Assembly (NCBI GenBank): GCA_964016885.1
Contig: OZ024743.1
Span: 276,086,001 to 276,150,000, forward strand
Direction: 5' to 3'
Length of the DNA: 64,000 nt
Source: Eledone cirrhosa
Taxonomy: Eukaryota
Shown here: in pieces, positions 54,670 to 64,000 of the stretch
Position numbering within the stretch: position 1 is the stretch's first letter
How the letters are laid out: every line of letters begins with the position of its first letter
The notes under the pieces: model-generated
Told to the model about the DNA's origin: nothing
The model's database searches: none
The model's input: only the letters and a program-made list of their open reading frames with translations
Program-made: the position numbers and the translations under genes

Positions 54670-54858
54670 TCTGGTGTCCTTGGTCACTGCACTGCCAATT
54701 TCCTTTGCAAAATAACAAAGACAACAGCTTGCCCAAGGAAGGGGCCCTGTGAGGCAAGGTGGCTCTTACAGCGAGTGTCACTAGCCATTCTTCGTGGCAA
54801 TGCCTTTGCCATTCTGTCCACGGGTCATGGTCAAAGCACCACACAGACTGGGATGTAG
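54670..54858 (+). pseudogene. C-terminal restriction-like endonuclease fragment of a CRE-like non-LTR retrotransposon
   Basis: SGVLGHCTANFLCKI..GPCEARWLLQRVSLAILRGNAFAILS..*, matching the QR.S.AI.RGNA motif; A-rich tract ~80 bp downstream. Confidence 0.7.
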
Positions 54859-57768
54859 AATCTATCCCTCCGTCCCGATCTCACTTTCTTTCATTGCCTT
54901 ATTCTATTTAAATAACATAAACAATGTTTCTGGTTGAAAAAAAAAAAAGAAAGAAAGAAAAACAGGAGAGAGAAAAAATAAAACAAAGGGAAAATAAAAC
55001 AAAGGGAAACAGGAAGCAAAAATAAGAAACACCAAAAGCAGGTAAAGGTTTCTGTTGAATCTTTTTATGGTTTCTATTGTAGCTTTTAACTCAAATATCC
55101 TTTACAGGAAACCTCATTAGCAAGACATTCTTAACCTTTTTGAAACATACATTAATTTAATATCTTAGTAATGAAATAATTAATAATTTTAGTAAATCCC
55201 TTAAGAGTCTTCATGAATTAATTGAATATGATCATGAAATGGTTACATAGAACAAAACAGAACAGTGACAGCACTACATTAAAAATGTACCATAGACCCA
55301 TGCAAGCGTAGAATATGGACGTTAAACGATGATGATGATGATACTCATATATAAGCTAAGAAGTATGAGGTTTTTATTTTTTTATTTTTAAATTGGTGAA
55401 ATGGGGGTTGACATATTCGAGATCAATATTTTGCTGATTTTGCCAGCAACATATCTATTTCCTATTGTTTTTCATACGTTTGGAAATTGGTTTTAAAAAT
55501 AAAATAAAATAAAAAAAAAAATAAACACTAAATAATGGAGTTGTGAAACAAAAATATACTCTTAACGACCCTTAAAACATTTTAAATATCAAAATATTAA
55601 AACTTCATAAATATATTCTCCACTCATGAGAATTTCCAAACTGCACCATCTAAACAATGTGTTGATTACCTGCCTCGGCTTATAAACGAGGCTTGGATTT
55701 TTGCCTATTTCTCAGGCATAAAATAGTGAGATGGTTTGTATTTGAGTATGTATGCTAAGTCTTTACTCTAATGTTGCAAATTTTCATAATCTCTCCACTA
55801 GATACCATAATCCTATTTTTAGATATTTTCTGCTAAATCAATATGGGTTTCAATTGTTCATTCAATATACCTCTGGACATCATCAATGTGCTTTGCCCCA
55901 TTTATTTGTATAGTGCCACAGATCCTTGACACCATTGGTTGCCATTTTCTTTTACAGAAGAGTATAACTCTCTTAGTGATTATCCCTACATTTTTACTGT
56001 CTTTCAAGTATGAGCCAGCACTCATCATCACAGCCAGTTTACAACTTTGATGGTAGGCTCAATCTGTTGCCTCAATTTAACACCACCTAACCCGTGTACT
56101 TTTAGTGAAGTCCACTCTATTGTAAGCATTTGGGTATACCTACGTTCCTCCCACCAGTCTTGGAGGCACTAAAAATGGTCATGGTCACTGCTCTTCCCTC
56201 CCTGACTAAACAATAACAAAAAGATGAAAATAATAAATGGATACTCACACACATTGAATTAGCCATTGGCTCAGCAAAACTTCAGAAAGTCAACAAAGAT
56301 ACACACACCACCTCTTAAATCTTAATTAACTTTAAAATTAATTGAATACATGCTAAATAAAGTGTTAAACAAAAAAAAAAAAAAAAACACAAGCACACAC
56401 TTAAGAATCAATTAAAAAATCTTAAATTACTTCAGTAATCAACTGCCACATGACCTAAATATCATTACCCAAGTAGCAGACTGCACACATTCATTTTTTT
56501 TTTCTTTCCATCAATCAAAAATTTAGTGGACTAACAGCTGGTTGGCTGGGTAGCTTTGGTATCAATTTAGTACTTACTTACACAATTGGTCAATAGGTAG
56601 CAAATTGACGAAGACCCAACAATGGCAGATTGAATGCTTTGCAATATTCATTTTGGCTATCTGAGTCCAAATCCCAGGGTCGATGTTTCCTCTGTATATT
56701 TTTTTCACATAATTTTCCTTCTCTAGAAGAAATTGGCTGAATTCAACTGCCAAGACATGGTGTCCCTATGGCTCCACCAGGAGTTACAGATCCATACATA
56801 ACATACTTACTGGTGAAAATGTGAATGGCATAATTTATAACTTTAACACCAAGCACTTAGTTACTTAAAGAACCTATAGTAAAATTAATAATAATCATAA
56901 TTTTCCTATTCATATCTGAGAACTAATGTAAGTTAAAGGCAAAAAATAAATAAAATAAAACTAAAAAGAAAAAATATTTTATTGCCAAAGCCATATTAGT
57001 CAAACATGATTTTTTAAAAAGTTTCAAGTAGACTAGAGAGAAACAAACTGAGAGATACGTTATATTTAGTGACTTAATTGAATCATAAAAAGACACACAC
57101 TTAGAATGGAAAATACACTTTTGGGCACTTATGTTACATTTGTTAGTAGCTGCTATGTATGTAGCAGGGAATAAAAACTGGAGGGAAAAAGCACAGCAGA
57201 GCTAGTCATGTTATATATTATTATGACTACTATTTCTCGTAGATAATAAGAATTGATTCTAATATGCAGTATAGAATGATAGATACTGTGGTGGGAAGAA
57301 CACACACAAGCTCAAAAGAGTATAGTACTTTTATTTTTCTCCTCTTTTACTTCAATTATTTTAATGTACATGTAAATTGATATATATATATGCATGGGTG
57401 TGTGAGTGTAATGATTTTTACATCAACTTTTTCCATGCTGGCATGGGTTGGCCTTTTTGAGGCAATGTTTTACAGTCGAGTACCCTTCTTGACATCCACC
57501 TTTTTAGTCGCTTTTTACAACATGAAGGGATATCATACACCTATTCTAAACTGGACATGGACGGACACACTGTGTGTGTGTGTGTGAGAGTTGCAAAGCA
57601 ATTTAAACCATATATACATGAGAGGTAGAGAGAGAGAAGCCGCCACCAACATTCATATACACTAACAGTGGATGTTAAAAAAACAATGATGATATACAGT
57701 GAAATTGTTATAACGAAAAATTCTTTATAATGAGATCGACTTACCACGTGTGTGGCCGAGAATTTTTT

Positions 57769-57812
<44 letters not shown>

Positions 57813-57894
57813 AAAGTTCTATTTAAATTGTTGGGATACAACAAGCAAATATTTTTATAACTGATATAAAGCACTCGACAAGTATTTGGAGTAG

Positions 57895-58225
57895 ATATAC
57901 GATATTAACAAATGGAAACTATATTTATTTCATTATACATATTTCAAGGATACCAAGTTAAATTATGGTATGCCTTCAGACAAAATACAATATATACCAG
58001 TTTTATAAATAAACATTGGCGTACCCTTTCAAAATGCGACCGTTACTTTTGGAAGACATCCTGTAACGGTCGCATTTTGAAAGGGTACGCCAATGTTTAT
58101 TTATAAAACTGGTATATATTGCATTTTGTCTGATGAAGGCATACCATAATTTAACTTGGTATCCTTGAAATATGTATAATGAAATAAATATGGTTTTATA
58201 AATATAGTTTCCAATTGTTAATATC

Positions 58226-58231
<6 letters not shown>
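57895..58231. mobile_element. Fold-back element: ~150-bp arms, 16-nt loop (58047-58062), hammerhead motif in each arm
   Basis: Near-perfect inverted repeat; the arms differ by a 3-nt indel, a ~14-nt indel and a few substitutions; right end runs into (TA)n. Confidence 0.85.
58123..58185 (+). ncRNA. Candidate type-I hammerhead ribozyme with intact core
   Basis: ATTTTGT CTGATGA AGGCATACCA TAATTTAACT TGGTATCCTT GAA A TATGTA T A ATGAAAT. Helix I 7 bp (2 G-U), helix II 10 bp (1 mismatch), minimal helix III, AUA triplet. Confidence 0.65.
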
Positions 58232-58288
<57 letters not shown>

Positions 58289-58308
58289 CATACATACATA
58301 CACACACA

Positions 58309-58410
58309 CAGAGTGTCCCCAAAAATGTATATACACTTTTATTAGAATGCTGGTATATACACTTTTATTAGAATGCTGTTGAAGTGTGTATACGTTTTTG
58401 GGACACCATG
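58309..58410. mobile_element. Tc1/mariner-type MITE
   Basis: TIRs CAGAGTGTCCCCAAAAATGTATA / TATACGTTTTTGGGACACCATG|TA; internal 25-bp duplication; relative at 63470-63547. Confidence 0.7.
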
Positions 58411-59599
58411 TATGTATGTGTCTACATATATATATATATATATTTCATGTTTGTCCAACTACAAACAACAAACCTTAATAAACACACATAGAAAACAACC
58501 AACAACCTCAGGCAGATGTCATTCGCAGAAACCAAAATTGGTCTGTTACATTAAGTCTTACTTTCGAAACTTCAATGAAAAACTAATGTTGTCTGCTTTG
58601 ACATGAGCTCTGTCCCTTACTTTATTTCACCCTCCTCCTCTAGCCCCAGCCATCCAATTACACCCCCCCCCCCCCCAGATAATTAATGTGTTGTGCTACT
58701 ACCATAGGACTTCTGGGAAATGAGATAGCAACCAAACAAGTAGCTGAAAGAAAATAGACTATATAGTGTCTGTCTTTTTTTCTTTTTTTTTTTCCCCCCT
58801 TCCATCTTTCTTAATTGGAAAGCTAATGACTCTTCAGTTCAGAATCACACACACACATACACTACAGCAAAACCAATCAATCACCTCCAACATTATCACA
58901 ATCAAATCTATCATCATGAAAACCATCACCACCATTATCATTATTATTGTCATCACATCATCAATTTCTCAATTTCCACCAACATCATGTCCCACCCCAC
59001 TGCACAATTTCCACTACTGTCACCATCACCAAAGCAATTCTATAACTGTTGGCATCTTGACCAGCACCACCAATATAACTCTATAACTTGACATATCCAT
59101 CACCATCACCACTACAGTGAGAGAGAGAGAGAGAGAGTGCACAAGTGTCTTTGACAAACTAACTTCTATATTTTTGGTCATTTCAAAAGAAGACAATTTT
59201 TACAAAGCACAAGCAGCAACTCAAAATGGTAAATGAACAATAAGATGTCCCAAATACTAACCATTCTGTTATTAGACTGAGTGATCAGTCAACACACAAA
59301 CTAATGTAAGAGCAGTGGACATTAACCCTTTTGACAAAAACGTACCTGAAACTACCTTGGTTCTATGGTACAAAGCTGCTCATTTATATAAAAACCTTCC
59401 ATGATAATTTTATGTAAGAACTTTAGTTATTTTCCAAACACCGGCTTAATAATGAGTTAATAATGTTATGAAATCCTTTCAAATTCTTGATTATTTTCAA
59501 AATTATTTTAACAATATAAGCAGTACCTTTCATTTGAAATATGGCAATGCAAGCTTACGAATGACACTCACATAATAAAATCATGGCTGAAACCACCTG

Positions 59600-59910
59600 G
59601 AAGGCATCAGAATGGGAGTTGCTGATGTAAAGAAGAGGAGAGATGTTGCAGAGAAGAATTTGACATAACTCTACAGCTAATCTATTGTTTTTATCCCGGC
59701 CAACACTGGAGGAGTCAAAAGAAGATAATTAAGCATCAAGCATTGACTGATCGTTTCCATTGAGACTTCCAGTATCCTTGGTCCCATGACTATCGTATTC
59801 CAGTGCAGAATCAAACTGAGGGCATCTTACTTGGAGAAGTAGCCTCCACCAAATGGAATAACTGATGCAGCAGGTATTGCTAGCTGTTCACAGCAATGCT
59901 TTCACCATCA
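59600..59910 (+). pseudogene. Highly decayed CRE-like endonuclease fragment
   Basis: Fragments KIIKHQALTDRF / IETSSILGPMT / QVLLAVHSN resemble K..KY..L..F.P...ET.G..G..QR.S.A..RGN. Confidence 0.4.
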
Positions 59911-60016
59911 TCTCAAGGCATGGATAAGATCTATTTTCCAGCCAGGGGTTTCAACTCTAGCCACCCTCCTTTATTTCTGTTTGTAAATATATACAACTGT
60001 ATGAACAAAATTCACG

Positions 60017-60048
<32 letters not shown>

Positions 60049-61313
60049 ATATTCTTGAAGAAAGTACAGAATACCTTTCATAAATAGGTCTCACTCCTAC
60101 ACCCTGGTTCATTGGTAAATTGTAAAAAGAGTATCCAGCTGTAAAAACAACCGCTTCAGTATACGCACGCACGCATTCACAAAGGAAGAAGAAAAAACCG
60201 CCCATACGAACATAAGGAGAAAAGGGGTGTGAATTCTGGTCACTTTTGTCAATAGCTCCATTTTAATTAATCCTCTAAAAAAAGTATTTTAGCAGACTTC
60301 ATATCAATGGAAGCTATTGGAACTAAGATTGGGGTTAACGGTTGAGGTTTAATGTGGTCACTCAATCTGCTAGAAATAGCAATGAAATGGACTTCGAATC
60401 TCACCGGTCTTTAAAAAGCAAAGGACACATTGGATAATGCAGGTCATTCAATGGGATGAGATAGGGCTGTCTGAATATTTGAATTAAACTTGGGTTCTAA
60501 AATACACTTAAACTATAATACACATTCTAAAATACACATTCCTTACTATAACTGAATAATTATATATTCTGAGCTCCTGTTTATTGCATTAAAGCTCCTA
60601 TCTTTTTCTTTTACATTAAAAACAACCTCTAACTTACCTCCGATTTGACAAGCTTTTGGAATTAAAGGAAGGATACACCATCCTGGCTATTCCAATGAAT
60701 CAAGGGTTAAAACCTCGTATTAACACCCCTCCCCCCAAAAGACATTTCAAGCGTTCCAATTTTGCTCGCCACAACAAAATAAACAAATAAACTTTTTTAA
60801 TTTACCAGTACGACCCCCCTCCCTCCCCGAAAGTGTATATTGATTCAAAAAAATATATGTATATATATAATGGAGAGATGGTGAAAAGGACCTGTCCAAC
60901 CCACGCAAGCGTGGAAAAACGGTGATGATGATGATATATACTTATAAATATATCGTGCTTGGAGTCTAACCCTTGCTAGCAAGGAGAGCTGGCGTTAAAA
61001 CGACCATATATATATATATATATATATATATAATTCTTGTACACGTTTGTGTAATGTTTAATGGGCTCGGTCGGCACACAGCAATATATTCATTTTATAA
61101 TTCTAAGCAAAGAGCAGAGATAAGTTCATGCACGTCATCGTTATTAACAGACTCCCCTATGTATGTGTGTATGTGTAACAGTTGTAAATGTGAAAGGCAC
61201 CCATATCCACACAAAAAAAAAAGTACTAATTTTAATGGTGCACTTTAAATCGAGCGAAATAATCTCTCTCCATAAAATTGTAAAGTACTTCGAGGTGAAG
61301 GAGAGAGCCTTGC

Positions 61314-61346
<33 letters not shown>

Positions 61347-62350
61347 AAGAGAGAGAGGGGGGGGGGGCACAGAATAAATTTGTAATCCAGAAGGATACGT
61401 CGCAGGAGGGAAGAGAAATGTAACTTAAACAGAAATAATTAATACGATAGAACGTCCATTTAAAATTATTATTAAAACATATCAAACGTGTGTATGTATG
61501 AATAGATGTATACATAGAATTATTAAAACTAACAGAGAAATTATCAATTTGCAAGAAAATTGTCTTGAGAGAGAGAGAGATTGTAGTTTATTATTAATAA
61601 GAAAAATAATAATCATAATACAAAATATCTAATTTCTGCTACGTAACAAGATAAAGTAAAATAATTCAAACCACATGGTTTTTATTATTTAGACTGGTGT
61701 GTGCGTGTGCGTGTGCGAGAGAGAGAGAGAGAGATCTTGTGATGTTTCATATAAAACGGAATATTCAGATACGTAGAGAGAAAATAAAATCCAAAACAGC
61801 AAACGTCTTTCAGTTCCGATTGAAATATCAAGAGTGCCGCAAAGTTCCACAAGTGCGATTATCAACTTCAAACTTTCTTTTTTTTTTTTTTTTTTTACAT
61901 TTGTGTTGGCTACTACTAACTAATGGCACCAATGAACAAACAACCACTAATTACGATACAAGCCTCTTTTAATTAGACTGTGCTTTAAATACCAATACTA
62001 TTTGTTTATTTATTTATTGTGCTTGAAGTTTCAGGTTGAATGATGAAATAAAACAAATATTTTGCCTGTTTGTATTTATATAATAATTTAATCTATCTGT
62101 TTACCGAATAGCTTAAGTTAAAACGGTACATATCATCCATTGGAGTGAAACGAACGAAGCAAAATGGCTATAGGAAAATATTTTAGCTATAAAATGAAAA
62201 GTAATTGAAAAATAAAAGGAAATTTGGCACTTCGCAGTGAGTTATTGTGTGCATGTGATAAATAAATGGTCACGTGTCGCCGAATGCATTTGTAGAGTAC
62301 CGGCACGGTTCAGTAGTGAGGTTATATATAATCTGAAGAAAGAGGAAGCA

Positions 62351-62386
62351 GTGACTTCGAAGTTTCGGCGTTGCCTCATCACATCA
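62351..62386 (-). ncRNA. Degenerate minimal hammerhead motif
   Basis: TGAT GTGATGA GGC AAC GCC GAA ACTTCGAAGT C AC. Helix II GGC/GCC, 10-nt palindromic helix III, GUC triplet; C3 is G and helix I is weak. Confidence 0.45.
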
Positions 62387-63435
62387 GGCTCAGGAACTCT
62401 GAAATCATTACCATTTTTTTTTTTCCTCTTCAGAAAATATATTTTATAATCTTGCACACATATTGAATATTCTATATACACTCGTACATAAAACACAATC
62501 ATCAATGTGTGTGTGTGTGTATATACGTGTGTATGGGTGTAGGAAGGGCATCCAGCTGTAGAAACCAAGCCGAAATACAGAGATCCGTATGAGCAAGAAG
62601 TGGTCTCCGGGCCTGACTAGTCTCATAACGTGACAACCCATCTAACACATGCAAGCGTGGTAAAATAGACGTTAAATGATTATATATATACATACATACA
62701 CACAATCGAAACTTCGGATGAATAAAATGTTACTGATGTTAGAGAAGCTGTTCAAATAGTCACCAAAACATTGTCAAAAAGTTGAGAGAGAGTCACGTTT
62801 ACTGCATGCAATATTCAAATTGAACAACAGAAAGAAATACAATATATGTAATGCAATGTATCCATCTATTAAGTTATTTTTTTTCCCCACCATTTGTTCT
62901 GCAGACAAACAAATCAAACTTCTAGTTATTAACCACATGAAAACGTGTTACTTCGTATCAGATACAAAGTGTGTGTGTGTGTGTGCGTGCGCGCGTGCGT
63001 GCGTGTGTGATTACCTTACTGTTTTTTGTTGTTTGTTTTTTAAACATAGCTAGTGCAGAAATGAATATCAAACGTTCTAATTGGACACAGAAATTGGTGC
63101 GAATTCCATTAAAGTAACACACAACCGCTTCGAGTGATCAACTAACTGCTGCTGCATAATATTACTGCCATCAATTTGACTTTCTAAACTTAAAGAAGGA
63201 GGGCGACAAAGCTAAACGAATAGGTAAATAAATAATAAAATAACTTACCAGAAAGCTAGCAAAATATGTTAGATTGTTGAAAAAAGAAAAAAAATTAAAT
63301 ACTGTTATGTCTGATTTGTTAAAATAACTTCCATCGTTGGGCTGATTTTGTTTTCTGGCTTTGGAAAGCCTGTTACCACACAGTATGTTGTTTGAATGGT
63401 TGAAGCATAACATCTACGTGATGTATCCTTTTACT

Positions 63436-63469
<34 letters not shown>

Positions 63470-63471
<2 letters not shown>

Positions 63472-63544
63472 GGGTGTCCGAAACAAATATATACACATAT
63501 TTATTAGAATGCTCTTGAAGTGTGCATACATTTTTTGGAAGACC

Positions 63545-63547
<3 letters not shown>
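63470..63547. mobile_element. Tc1/mariner-type MITE
   Basis: TA|CCGGGTGTCC..TTATTAGAATGCT..TTTTTGGAAGACCGTG, homologous to 58309-58410. Confidence 0.6.
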
Positions 63548-63600
<53 letters not shown>

Positions 63601-63803
63601 TCATAGATCTGTATAATTATTAAAGCCAGTTACTACACCGGCGCGATACTAGGTAGGTACATTTTGTTAGCACTGAGGACCAATTTGTTCAATCTGTGCC
63701 AATGAAAATGAACAGGAGAAGGTTTACTCAAAAAGGAAGATACAAAACAAAGACAAGAGAGCTCCAAATCAAGGGCAGGTAAAAAAACAAAAATGGCCAC
63801 GGC

Positions 63804-64000
63804 CTTGACATTTTTAGGGAACTAGGGTTAAAAATTACCCTATCCACCAACCTCACTAGTGTTAACTTCTTAGACTTCAACCTAAACCTACGTACACACC
63901 CATAAACCCTTCGATAAGTTTAGCGAAAATCTTATATACATACACAAGAACTCCTGCCGCCCCCAATAGTATTCAAATATTTAGTAAGAATATTAGCAAG
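63804..64000 (+). pseudogene. Penelope-like element reverse transcriptase (thumb region) fragment, runs off the right edge
   Basis: LDIFRELGLKITLSTNLTSVNFLDFNLNL..HKPFDK..LIYIHKNSCRPP matches the PLE pattern F...GL.IT..N...VNFLD....YKP..Y.H..S.HPP; frameshifted. Confidence 0.75.

Noticed and set aside
55870-56170. Decayed DNA-transposase fragment on the minus strand
   Set aside because: Only vague Cys/Trp/His resemblance with many stops; cannot be supported without a search.
57895-58231. Sequencing fold-back artefact
   Set aside because: The arms differ by indels and substitutions, there is a distinct 16-nt loop, and the flanks are unrelated. Long-read confirmation is still advisable.
57912-58305. 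Two convergent similar short ORFs
   Set aside because: By-product of the inverted repeat.

Overview
AT-rich, microsatellite-laden, repeat-dense eukaryotic DNA. The repeat repertoire (tRNA-head SINEs with a GCCTTTCATCC..GGTCGAT core, RTE LINEs with (GAT)n tails, huge TA/CA arrays) suggests an octopus or other cephalopod genome; this is inference. No host protein-coding gene is clearly recognisable, and most ORF-track entries are microsatellite or antisense artefacts. The solid coding content is retroelement-derived: a near-complete RTE LINE ORF (APE + RT, with a PHD finger inside the RT thumb), a second truncated copy, an uninterrupted 5'-truncated CR1/L2-group RT, and decayed RTE, R4/Dong-like, CRE-like and Penelope-like (PLE) fragments. 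There are also many SINEs, TTAA (piggyBac-type), Tc1- and hAT-type MITEs and a non-autonomous Helitron, often nested. The window opens with a >3.1-kb 48-bp tandem array that has an open frame on both strands. The main unexplained signal is a set of type-I hammerhead ribozyme motifs from at least four unrelated repeat families (36.3 kb, 42.0 kb, 43.9-44.0 kb, 58.1 kb, 62.4 kb). Several have palindromic minimal helix III, three lie in inverted-repeat structures, and several end at (TA)n tracts, consistent with Penelope-type pseudo-LTRs or retrozyme-like elements. All calls were made by eye; no search or folding program was run.
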